DNA from: an uncultured Pseudomonadota bacterium
Lineage (GTDB): Bacteria; Myxococcota_A; UBA796; SXON01
Length of the DNA stretch: 64,000 nt
Direction of reading: 5' to 3'
Assembly: GCA_903900265.1 (NCBI GenBank)
Contig: CAIUMM010000040.1
Coordinates: forward strand, 19,041-83,040
The notes below the pieces were generated by a model, which was not told the DNA's origin, did no database searches, and was given only the letters and a program-made list of their open reading frames with translations. A program made the translations under genes and the position numbers. Positions 54,954-63,523 of the stretch are shown piece by piece (position 1 is the stretch's first letter; each line of letters starts with the position of its first letter).

Positions 54954-56321
54954 CTAATGCCCGTGTGCGTGACCGTCCGCGCTGCCGTCATGCGCGTGCA
55001 CATGCAGGTCAGCAGGGTTCGGGTTCATGAAGGGGTCGGTGAAAGGAACCGCAGGAACCTGCGAGAGGAAGGTGGTGACGACCGTCACGAACCCGCCGAC
55101 GAAGCCTGCAAGGATCCCGATCTCGACCGGACCGAGCGGCAAGGAGTCGTGCATCCATACTTGAGGCATGACGAGCAGGAAGCGCTCCAAGAACACGCCC
55201 GTCGCGATGACGATCGCTACCGAGGCCAAGGAGTAGGGCAACTTCTTGATGCCACGAGACAGCAGCACGAGGAACGGGAACAAGAAGCACATCACGCCGA
55301 CGACCTTGGACAACCCGGACCAAGGGGCCACGAAGAAGCGCAGCAGGAGGTAGCTGGTCTCTTCCGGCATGTTGCCGTACCAGATCGGGAGGACCTGAGC
55401 GAACATGGTGTAGGTCCAGAAGATGCAGAGGGCGAGCATCATCTTGCCGAGGTCATGGTAGTTCTTCGGCGTCTGAATGTGCTCCACCTGCAGCCACTTC
55501 CGGGTGAACACGGAGATGATGCAGATCCAGTTGATGGCCAGCCAGAAGCTGGACACGAAGATCCAACCCGGGAACATGTTCGACACCCAGTGCGGGGCGA
55601 GGCTCATGACCGCATCGACGGCGACCATGGAGAAGATCACCGCATACGCAATGACCATCGCGGGCCCGAGCTTGATGTTCTTCTGGTACGCGTCTTCAAC
55701 TTCGATCGCCGTGCCACGCCAACCTGCGGTCACGCGGCCCCACCACGCCGGAGCGCGGTCGCCGAGCTTCTCGGCAGCAGCGCCGAGGTCAGGGCGAAGG
55801 CTGTTGCGAACGAACAGCAGCGACATGGAGAACAGCACCAAGGTCCCGACGAGCTGGCGGGCCATAAAGAACCCGGGCTGAAGGTACACAGCCTTGTGCG
55901 CGCCGTGCATCGGGGTCTCGTGCCACTCGTAGATGCGGAGCCCGCCCCCAACGAGGAAGGCCGCGTACATCAACCAAAGGAAAGGCAGGAACATCGAGAA
56001 CGACTCAGCGACCCGCTTGAACGGACGCCCCCAGCGTCCGAGCGAAACGGTCTGCGCGACGCTGAACATCACGCCGCCCTGAGAGACGCCCATAAAGTAC
56101 ACGAGGCAAACCAGAAACACGCCGAGCGTGCGGTTTTGACCGTCGTGGTCGTTGAACGCCAAGCCGTAGATCAACGAGAGCGCACCCACAGCCATCGCGG
56201 CGAAGCCTGCTGCACGGACCGCAGGAGGTACGACATGGGGAGTCCCGGCGAGGGTCTCCACGACATCCGGACCGGGCCCGACCACTTGACGTGCGGCGGC
56301 GATGAGATCAGGCTGGCTCAT
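54954..56321 (-). CDS. actF: Alternative complex III subunit ActF
   Basis: About 10 TM helices; MSLAPHWVS, HDLGK, FWTYTMFAQ..IWYGNMPEE; position in the operon. Confidence 0.88.
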   Translation of the reverse strand: MSQPDLIAAARQVVGPGPDVVETLAGTPHVVPPAVRAAGFAAMAVGALSLIYGLAFNDHDGQNRTLGVFLVCLVYFMGVSQGGVMFSVAQTVSLGRWGRPFKRVAESFSMFLPFLWLMYAAFLVGGGLRIYEWHETPMHGAHKAVYLQPGFFMARQLVGTLVLFSMSLLFVRNSLRPDLGAAAEKLGDRAPAWWGRVTAGWRGTAIEVEDAYQKNIKLGPAMVIAYAVIFSMVAVDAVMSLAPHWVSNMFPGWIFVSSFWLAINWICIISVFTRKWLQVEHIQTPKNYHDLGKMMLALCIFWTYTMFAQVLPIWYGNMPEETSYLLLRFFVAPWSGLSKVVGVMCFLFPFLVLLSRGIKKLPYSLASVAIVIATGVFLERFLLVMPQVWMHDSLPLGPVEIGILAGFVGGFVTVVTTFLSQVPAVPFTDPFMNPNPADLHVHAHDGSADGHAHGH

Positions 56322-56998
56322 GGGGTCTTTCCTTTGGTGGTAGCCGGGGCCGCAGCCGGGGCCGAGGTCGTAGCCGCAGCTGCATCCGGCGCAGCGGCGG
56401 CCGGAGGAGCATAGGTAGCTCCGTCCAGCGTGCGGATGTACGCGACGATGGACCAACGCTCCTGATCGGTGAGCGAGGCGCCGTACTTCGGCATCAAGCT
56501 GCCGCCGTTCCGGATGGTGCCGTAGATGTAGCCGTCCGAGCGGATCGCCGTGACCGCACCCTCGCCGGAGAGCATCGGCGCGGGGACTTGGAAGCGGCGA
56601 ATGTTCTTCGCAGGGTCATTGTGTGTGACCGGTCCGCCGCCCTTCCCTTCGATGCCGTGACACGGCGCGCAGGTCGTCTGAAACAGCTTCTTCCCTTGCG
56701 CGACCGTTTTTTCACCAACCTCGTAGGGGTTGACCATCGCCTCCACGTTCGCGCCGTTGCGGTCGAGCGGAGCGATGTAGTCGTTCTGGTAGCCACCTAC
56801 TCCCCGAGCGCGCTCCACCGCGCCCGAAGGACGCTGAACGGCACCCTCGGGGATCGGCGACAACATCGCCCATTCGTACGCCCGAAACGCCCGGGAGTCG
56901 ACCATGTCGATGTCCCAAGGGAACGCCCAAGCCGAACCGGCCAAAAACACGCCGCCGAACGCGAGCAAGATTCTGGGATTTTTCAGGGTCTCAAGCAT
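56318..56998 (-). CDS. actE: Alternative complex III monoheme cytochrome ActE
   Basis: DM...PEGAV.R, CAPCH, DGYIY..I.NG...MP.Y...ERWSIVAYIRTL. Confidence 0.85.
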   Translation of the reverse strand: MLETLKNPRILLAFGGVFLAGSAWAFPWDIDMVDSRAFRAYEWAMLSPIPEGAVQRPSGAVERARGVGGYQNDYIAPLDRNGANVEAMVNPYEVGEKTVAQGKKLFQTTCAPCHGIEGKGGGPVTHNDPAKNIRRFQVPAPMLSGEGAVTAIRSDGYIYGTIRNGGSLMPKYGASLTDQERWSIVAYIRTLDGATYAPPAAAAPDAAAATTSAPAAAPATTKGKTP

Positions 56999-57569
56999 GG
57001 AGAGCTCCAGCAGCGTGCGTAGACGATCCGCCCGACACTTCAATTGCGCCCGATGCCTGCAGGATCGCCACGATCTTCGACTCGTCGTGGGCGCCAACGC
57101 GCTCCAGCACGATCCCGAAACAATCGTTGGAGAACCGAGGATCCTGAGCCTCCGCAGGAAGGTCCGTGGCGGGGAGTCTGCAGTTCAACAGAAGGCCAAT
57201 CAACGTCGCCAAAGAGGCCCAAAGGACCGTACCTTCAAACATGATCGGCACAAACGCGGGGATGGAAACGACAGGCTTTCCACCAGGAAGGATCATCGGC
57301 CAGTTCGAAGATGTCATCGCCATGAGCGAGAACACCATCGTGCCGCCAAACAAGCCGCCGCAAAGGGTAAACCAGCGCACCGGGCTGGGCTCCCCCTCGT
57401 AGACGGCATCTTCGATCTCATGGCGAGGCATCGGCGACATCACCATGATGTCGTTGTACCCAGCCTTCTTCAGGTTTGCGATGCCCGTCATCAGGCAGTC
57501 CATGTGGGCGTACACCGCCTTCACAGGGTTGACCGACGCGACGGTATCAAGTGGGACGACGGCGCTCAT
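56991..57569 (-). CDS. actD: Alternative complex III subunit ActD (DUF3341)
   Basis: SPMP, GGKP..S.PAFVPIMFE.TVL, DPRFSNDCF. Confidence 0.88.
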   Translation of the reverse strand: MSAVVPLDTVASVNPVKAVYAHMDCLMTGIANLKKAGYNDIMVMSPMPRHEIEDAVYEGEPSPVRWFTLCGGLFGGTMVFSLMAMTSSNWPMILPGGKPVVSIPAFVPIMFEGTVLWASLATLIGLLLNCRLPATDLPAEAQDPRFSNDCFGIVLERVGAHDESKIVAILQASGAIEVSGGSSTHAAGALHA

Positions 57570-57613
57570 GCGACACGCTCCAAGCTAAGTTTGGAATTCT
57601 GCAAGCTGGTCAT
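57566..57613 (-). CDS. Putative 15-aa mini-ORF MTSLQNSKLSLERVA bridging actC and actD
   Basis: ATGA overlap with the actC stop and a second ATGA overlap with the actD start. Confidence 0.35.
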   Translation of the reverse strand: MTSLQNSKLSLERVA

Positions 57614-58944
57614 TTTGCGGCGTGCTCCCCTTCGAACTTGACGGGGGGGCGCATCGCTTCCTTGACTTCCGCGATGGCGACGGACGGCATGATCTTCACG
57701 AACAGCAGGAACCAAGTGAAGAACCAGGCGAACGACATGATCAGGATGCCCCACTCCACCCAAGTCGGGGTGTAGTAAACCCAGCCGGCGGGGTCGAAGG
57801 AGTGCGACAGCGAGCTGGCGATGATGTTGAACCGCTCAAACCACATGCCGATGTTGATGATGACCGACACCACAAACAACCCGATGTAGTTGGTGCGCAC
57901 CTTCTTGAACCACCACACGAGCGGCGCCAAGCAGTTGCAGAACACCATGGTGGCGAAAACCCACCAGTAGTTGCCGTACACACGGTCCATGAACGTGCCC
58001 CACTCGTACTGGTTGTCCGAGTACCAGGCGATGTAGTACTCGGTGCCGTACGCGTAGGTGAGGATTCCGCCGGTGAACACACAGAGCTTCGCGAGATGCT
58101 CAAAGTGCCATACGTGGATGTAGTCTTCCAGCTTGAAGAGCAGCGAAAGCGGCAACATCAGCGTGATGACCATCGCGCAACCGGAGAAGATGGCGCCGGC
58201 GACGAAGTACGGAGGGAAGATGGTCGAGTGCCATCCCGGGGTATCGGCCATCGCGAAGTCCCAAGAGACGACGGAGTGAACCGACAATACCAACGGCGTC
58301 GCGATCGCGGCGAAGAACCCGTAGGCCGCCATGTAATGATGCCACTGACGGTCGGTGCCGCGCCATCCCAGCGCCATCACCGCGTACATCTTCTGGGTGA
58401 AGCCCTTGGTGGCGTCACGCACCGCCGCGATGTCGGGGATCAAGCCGATCGCGAAGAAGATGGTCGAAACCGTGAAGTAGGTCGAAACGGCGAACACGTC
58501 CCACATCAGCGGCGACTTGAAGTTCTGCCAGAGCTGACGCTGGTTGGGATACGGGAACAACCAGTACGCGTACCAAGCGCGCCCAACGTGGATCGCGGGG
58601 AACAACGCTGCGGTCATAACGGCGAAGATCGTCATCGCCTCGGCGGCCCGGTAGATGCCGGTGCGCCAACGCGAGCGCGTCAGGAAGAGTACGGCGGAGA
58701 TCAGCGTTCCAGCGTGACCGATACCAACCCAGAACACGAAGGTGGTGATGTACACACCCCAAAACACCGGGGGGTGGTAGCCCGCGACGCCGAGACCATA
58801 CACCAGCTGGTAGACCCAGCACAAACCGCCGGCGCCGAGGACCAGCAGCGTCGTCGCAAGCACCGCGAGGTACGAGAACTCCGCAGTGAACAAAGGACGG
58901 AGGACGTCCTTGTTTACGTCATTATAGGAAAGGTCTTTCATCAT
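57610..58944 (-). CDS. actC: Alternative complex III quinol-oxidising subunit ActC (NrfD family)
   Basis: FVFWVGIGHAGTLISA, RAAEAMT, SPLMWDVFA, SVHSVVSWDFA, WHSTIFPPYFVAGAIFSG. Confidence 0.95.
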   Translation of the reverse strand: MMKDLSYNDVNKDVLRPLFTAEFSYLAVLATTLLVLGAGGLCWVYQLVYGLGVAGYHPPVFWGVYITTFVFWVGIGHAGTLISAVLFLTRSRWRTGIYRAAEAMTIFAVMTAALFPAIHVGRAWYAYWLFPYPNQRQLWQNFKSPLMWDVFAVSTYFTVSTIFFAIGLIPDIAAVRDATKGFTQKMYAVMALGWRGTDRQWHHYMAAYGFFAAIATPLVLSVHSVVSWDFAMADTPGWHSTIFPPYFVAGAIFSGCAMVITLMLPLSLLFKLEDYIHVWHFEHLAKLCVFTGGILTYAYGTEYYIAWYSDNQYEWGTFMDRVYGNYWWVFATMVFCNCLAPLVWWFKKVRTNYIGLFVVSVIINIGMWFERFNIIASSLSHSFDPAGWVYYTPTWVEWGILIMSFAWFFTWFLLFVKIMPSVAIAEVKEAMRPPVKFEGEHAAK

Positions 58945-61900
58945 CCCTCCTTGATTTCGGCTGCGTGTTCAGTGCCGTGGGGCGCTTCGCCGTGGGGCGC
59001 TTCGCCGTGCGTGGCTGCGCCATGGTGCGCTTCGCCACTCACGTGATGACGCGCTTTGGCGAGATACCGAACGCCGGGCTTGGTGTTCAGCGTGCCAAGC
59101 AGGGTGTACGCCCGCGGGTTGGCGAACTTCTTGGTGACCGAGCCTTCCGGATCGTTGGTGCTGCCGAAGGTGATCGAGTTGGTCGGGCAGGCCGAGGCGC
59201 ACGCCGTGAGCTTGACCAGCGCGTGATCGGGCACCTTCTGCTGGGCTCCCGACTCGATCTGCATGTCGCGCCACGAGTCCTTGACGGCCCGCGTGCGCTG
59301 GGTGCAGAACGTGCACTTCTCCATGACGCCCATCTCGCGAACCGTGACGTCCGGATTGAGCATCAGGTACATCGAATCCGGCCACGTCCACGTGTGGTAG
59401 TTGAAACGGCGCGCGGTGTACGGGCAGTTGTTCGCGCAGTAGCGAGTGCCCACGCAACGGTTGTAGACCATCGCGTTCAAACCATCGAGGTTGTGGTAGG
59501 TCGCGAGGACCGGGCACACGCCTTCGCAGGGAGCGTGGGAGCAGTTCTGGCACATGGAAGGCAGGTGGCGCACGTCGATGTGCTCCCCCTCGCCCTCAAC
59601 GAACCGGTCCATGCGGATCCAGCTCATCCCACGCCCGCGACGCACCTGATCGGGTCCGACGAAGGGGATGTTGTTCTCGAGGTCGCAAGCGATCACGCAG
59701 GCCATGCAGCCGGTGCAGCTGTTGAGGTCGATCGCCATCGCAAACCGGTACGTCGGGTGCTGAGGCTCGGGGAAGAAGTCATGGAGGCCCTTCTTCTCAT
59801 CCAGCCGGCGGTCCCAAGGGATCTCCTCAATCTCGACGATCTCGCCAGGCTCGCCGGTCGGCTTCGCTGCGGCTTCTTCCGCGGAGCAAGCCATCGCGAT
59901 CGGACGACCGTCCATGTCGATGTTGCCGGAGAGCGCAAAGAAGTCAGAGGTGACCTCGGAGCGACTGATGCTCGCAGCGGTGGTCGCCGTCGCGAGGGCG
60001 CCAGAGGTAGCGTCCTGCGCGGAGGCCAGTAGTTTCATCGGGTTTACGCCGCGGCCAGTGCCGAAGTTCCCCATGTTGACGTGCCCGTTGCCGAGCACGA
60101 CAGCCACGGTGTCTTCGCGCACGCCGGGGGTCGCAAAGTAGCCCAGCGTGATCTCGCCCGAGGCCGTCTTGATCTTCACGGAGTCGGTCTTGCCGAGCCC
60201 AAGCTTCTCTACGGTCTTCGGGTTGAGCTCCGCCCAGCTACCCCAGGTGTTCGTGGAGATGGGGTCCGGGAGCTCCTGTGCCCACGGAACGTTCGCATGG
60301 CGACCGTCGCCGAGGTTAGAGCTCGGGAAGATGACCAGCGCAAGCTCTGCGCCGGACTGAGAGAGCGCCGTCGGGAGGCCCGGCAGCGACGCCATCGTCA
60401 GCGGGAGTGCGGTAGCGGCGGCCGGAGCAAAGTGTCCGCCCTTCTGGCGTACGTTCGTCCACCACGCGTCGAACGAACCGTTGCCGTCGAACACGTTCTT
60501 CATCCAACGCGTCTGCACGTACGCGTGGAAGTCGGCGTAGTCGAAGCCAGCGCTGCTCGTCGCGACAGGCGCTGCCGCAACAACCGCGGCATCGGTCGCG
60601 CCGGCGGCCGCAGGATCGACAACCGCTTCTGCGGCGACCGGAGCCGCCAAGCCCATGGCCTTGGCGAGGCGGAGAACGACATCCCCGACAGTGAGCGTGT
60701 TGTGCTGCGGCGTCATCGCCGGCTGCTGCAACGTGTACACCCCGGTGGTCACGTTGGCGTCACCCCAGGTCTCCAGCGACGATCCCGGCGGCAGGAGCAA
60801 GGTCTTGGGGCGCGTGGAGTCGTCTTTCTCGTTCGCGAACTGCACGAGCATGTCCACCGCGTCCAACGCCTCACCGGCCTTGTCGGCTTCGGGGAAGTTG
60901 TAGACCGGGTTGACGCCATCAACGAACAACACGCCGATCTTGCCGGCGCGCGCGTCTTCAAGGAGCGCGCGAGCGTCTGCGTAGGACGAGACGGTGCCGT
61001 AGCTCTGCTCCTTGCCGAACACCACGCTGCGGCCGATGTTGCCGCAGATGTCGTTGAGGAGGAACGTGACCGCAGCGAGATCGGTAGCCTGAACGCCAGC
61101 GTTTACCGCGCCGCCCGGAAGTACGATCGACGGGTGCTCGGTGATCCAGCCAGCGATCTCCTTGAGCTTCTCCTCGCCAATGCCCGAGAGCTTGGAAGCT
61201 GCGGCTACGTCGACGCCAGCAAGCAGACCCGCGTTGGCGTAGCCAACCTTGTCCGCCGCGAGGCGCGCGACCGCGAGCGCGACCGCGAGCTCGGTGCCCG
61301 GGAGAGCGGGGAGGAAGTGATCAGCCTGAGCCGAGGTCACGCCGATGCGGGGCTCCACGCACACCAAACGGGTGACGAAGCCGCCATCCGCGGGGTTCTT
61401 AGCAGAGGACCAACCCTTGGCCATCCCCATCGCACCGTAGGCCGTGCCGAGGAAATCCATACCGAAGGACAGGATGACCTGAGCGCCCGAGAGCTCGTAG
61501 GTGGGAAGCGTCGCGACGCCGAACGCCTGACGGGTCGCGGCAAGGAGCGTCTCTACGCCGAGCGCTTCCCAGTGCACGCGGCGCAGACCGCTGGCGCCGG
61601 CGAACTCGGAGAGCAAGCTGTTCAAGCTGCCGGTGCGGTATTGACCGAGCCAAGCGACCTGCTTGCCAGCGGCCTTGGCCGCTGCGATCGCATCGGACAC
61701 CGCCTTGATCGAGCTGTCCCAGTCCTGAACCTTGCCGCCCGCCGTGGGGCCAGCGACGCGCTCAGGGCCGTAGGCGCTGACCAAGCCAAAGTGACCACGG
61801 GTGCAGAGCCCATGGCCTTCGGTCCAGTCCGGGTTGCCTTCGACCATGACCACGCGGCCTTCTTTCGCCCGCGCGACCATCCCGCAACCCGATGCGCATT

Positions 61901-62072
61901 CCGCGCAAGCCGTGGAAAAATACGTAGCTACACCCGGGAGTTCATCCTCGGGCATCTGCACGTACGGGAGGTAATGTTCGACAGGAGTACGCGGGTCGAT
62001 GCTGCACGCAGCAGCAGTCGCGGCGGTGGCGATACTCGCGGTCTTGAGGAAATCGCGGCGGTTCAGGTCCAT
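58941..62072 (-). CDS. actB: Alternative complex III subunit ActB (molybdopterin-oxidoreductase-like domain plus Fe-S domain)
   Basis: Tat signal NRRDFLK with AAAC lipobox; NVPWAQELPDPI; CTGCMACVIAC, CQNCSHAPCEGVCP, CVGTRYCANNCP, CTFC...CASACP. Confidence 0.93.
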   Translation of the reverse strand: MDLNRRDFLKTASIATAATAAACSIDPRTPVEHYLPYVQMPEDELPGVATYFSTACAECASGCGMVARAKEGRVVMVEGNPDWTEGHGLCTRGHFGLVSAYGPERVAGPTAGGKVQDWDSSIKAVSDAIAAAKAAGKQVAWLGQYRTGSLNSLLSEFAGASGLRRVHWEALGVETLLAATRQAFGVATLPTYELSGAQVILSFGMDFLGTAYGAMGMAKGWSSAKNPADGGFVTRLVCVEPRIGVTSAQADHFLPALPGTELAVALAVARLAADKVGYANAGLLAGVDVAAASKLSGIGEEKLKEIAGWITEHPSIVLPGGAVNAGVQATDLAAVTFLLNDICGNIGRSVVFGKEQSYGTVSSYADARALLEDARAGKIGVLFVDGVNPVYNFPEADKAGEALDAVDMLVQFANEKDDSTRPKTLLLPPGSSLETWGDANVTTGVYTLQQPAMTPQHNTLTVGDVVLRLAKAMGLAAPVAAEAVVDPAAAGATDAAVVAAAPVATSSAGFDYADFHAYVQTRWMKNVFDGNGSFDAWWTNVRQKGGHFAPAAATALPLTMASLPGLPTALSQSGAELALVIFPSSNLGDGRHANVPWAQELPDPISTNTWGSWAELNPKTVEKLGLGKTDSVKIKTASGEITLGYFATPGVREDTVAVVLGNGHVNMGNFGTGRGVNPMKLLASAQDATSGALATATTAASISRSEVTSDFFALSGNIDMDGRPIAMACSAEEAAAKPTGEPGEIVEIEEIPWDRRLDEKKGLHDFFPEPQHPTYRFAMAIDLNSCTGCMACVIACDLENNIPFVGPDQVRRGRGMSWIRMDRFVEGEGEHIDVRHLPSMCQNCSHAPCEGVCPVLATYHNLDGLNAMVYNRCVGTRYCANNCPYTARRFNYHTWTWPDSMYLMLNPDVTVREMGVMEKCTFCTQRTRAVKDSWRDMQIESGAQQKVPDHALVKLTACASACPTNSITFGSTNDPEGSVTKKFANPRAYTLLGTLNTKPGVRYLAKARHHVSGEAHHGAATHGEAPHGEAPHGTEHAAEIKEG
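58974..59009. repeat. 15-bp tandem repeat encoding HGEAP in the His-rich ActB tail
   Basis: gccgtggggcgcttc x2 followed by gccgtg. Confidence 0.7.
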
Positions 62073-62088
62073 CGTGCGGTCCTCTGGT

Positions 62089-62799
62089 CTACTTGTGGCA
62101 TGTCCAGCAATCCTTCAGCTCAGAGCGCCGAAGTTCCTTCTGCGTTCCGTAGCTGTCATCCAAATCGTGCTGGGCGTGGCAATCCAAACACCAACCCATG
62201 TTGAGAGAGGCCACCCGCTGGGCGACCCCCATTTCCTGTACCTGTCCGTGGCACTCCTGACACTGCACGCCGCCAAGCACATGACGCTTGTGGTTGAAGT
62301 ACACGAAGTCGGGGAGGTCATGGACCTTGATCCACGGGATCGGCGTACCGGCGCCATCCTTCCAGAAGTCCGCCAGCTTCTTCAGCTCGGGACGCCCCTC
62401 AGTGTCGATCTGAGAGTGGCAGCCCATGCAAAGTTGCGTGGGCGGGATGCCCGCGTGCTGGCCCTTGCGCGCGCTCGAGTGGCAGTACTGGCAGTCCATA
62501 CCCAGCACGCCAGCATGACGATCATGCGGGAACGCGATCGGCTGCTCAATCGCCTCGTCCAGCGGGTCGCCGATAGCGACGCTCAGGTTCTCAGGAAAGA
62601 ACGTCATCTTGTCGACTTCAAGCGGAGAGGCATCCATGGGGATGTCCACGATTGAAATCGGAGCGAGATTCTTACTGCCGATCGGGAAGTTTTCCTCATC
62701 AGCAGGGTTGGCGACGGTGTTCATTTCACAGCCGACGGTGGCCCAGAGCGGGACAGTCACCAGCGCGAACACCAGGTTGGCTCCCGGCAGCGATCGCAT
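62089..62799 (-). CDS. actA: Alternative complex III pentaheme cytochrome ActA
   Basis: QPIAFPHDRHAG; CQYCH, CMGCH, CQECH, CLDCH, CWTCH; W.KVHDLPDFVYFNH; AGGAGG RBS. Confidence 0.93.
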   Translation of the reverse strand: MRSLPGANLVFALVTVPLWATVGCEMNTVANPADEENFPIGSKNLAPISIVDIPMDASPLEVDKMTFFPENLSVAIGDPLDEAIEQPIAFPHDRHAGVLGMDCQYCHSSARKGQHAGIPPTQLCMGCHSQIDTEGRPELKKLADFWKDGAGTPIPWIKVHDLPDFVYFNHKRHVLGGVQCQECHGQVQEMGVAQRVASLNMGWCLDCHAQHDLDDSYGTQKELRRSELKDCWTCHK

Positions 62800-62898
62800 G
62801 AGTCCTCCTGCCGAAGTGGCGGGGGATGAGGGGAAGGGACAGAGGGGAAGAGACCGAACGTTCCTGCTGACCTCGCGGCAACAGGACTACGGGGCGCC

Positions 62899-62927
62899 AC
62901 GCTAACGCACCGCCGGAGGGCTTTCAA
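62899..62927 (-). promoter_or_regulatory. Sigma70-type promoter of the act operon, TTGAAA-N17-TAGCGT
   Basis: Minus strand TTGAAA gccctccggcggtgcgt TAGCGT, about 100 nt upstream of actA. Confidence 0.65.
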
Positions 62928-62948
62928 CCCATCCGGCGCGCGTTCTGA

Positions 62949-63461
62949 CTACTTGCCGACGAAGTCACTCTCGAGGTACGCGAGAACCTGCCACGCTTCG
63001 TCGTCGGAGAGTCCGAGGGGGGCCATCGCGGTGCCCTGAATCCCGTTCTTGAGGATCCAGAACTTCACGCCCGGGGAGGTCGCATCCCAGCGGGTTTTGT
63101 CATGGAAGTTCGAGGGTTTCTGCGGCAATGAAGCACCAGCGACACCGTCACCCGCGCCGGCTACGCCGTGACAGATCGTGCACTTGCCGGCGAAGGTCGC
63201 CTTGCCTGCGGCGATCGCCGCGGCGTCACCCGACTTGGGGTTGGGACCGTCGGACTTGGCGGCCTTGGCGGCCTCGTAGGCCTTGGCTGCGAACTCGTCC
63301 GGAGTGTAAGGGCCGGAGGGGACAGGGGCTGCGACGGGCGCGGCCACCGGGGGAGGCGCGGCCTCTACCGGAGCGGGCGCGGGCGCGACCTCAGCAGGAG
63401 CCACGGGCTTGGCATCACCACCACAAGCGACCAACAGGAGAGCGAGAGAAAGAATCGACAT
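62949..63461 (-). CDS. Monoheme class I cytochrome c lipoprotein
   Basis: Lipobox LVAC, Pro/Ala linker, CTICH, NGIQGTAM distal Met. Confidence 0.85.
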   Translation of the reverse strand: MSILSLALLLVACGGDAKPVAPAEVAPAPAPVEAAPPPVAAPVAAPVPSGPYTPDEFAAKAYEAAKAAKSDGPNPKSGDAAAIAAGKATFAGKCTICHGVAGAGDGVAGASLPQKPSNFHDKTRWDATSPGVKFWILKNGIQGTAMAPLGLSDDEAWQVLAYLESDFVGK

Positions 63462-63523
63462 TCTACGGACCTCTGAAAAGGCCGCTCTCCTAACATCGCC
63501 GCGACCGATTGTCACCGCCATGT

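Noticed and set aside
52959-56414. 1151-aa plus-strand ORF
   Set aside because: Antisense shadow of ALDH, the cupin and actF; Arg/His-rich with no motifs, typical of high-GC codon bias.
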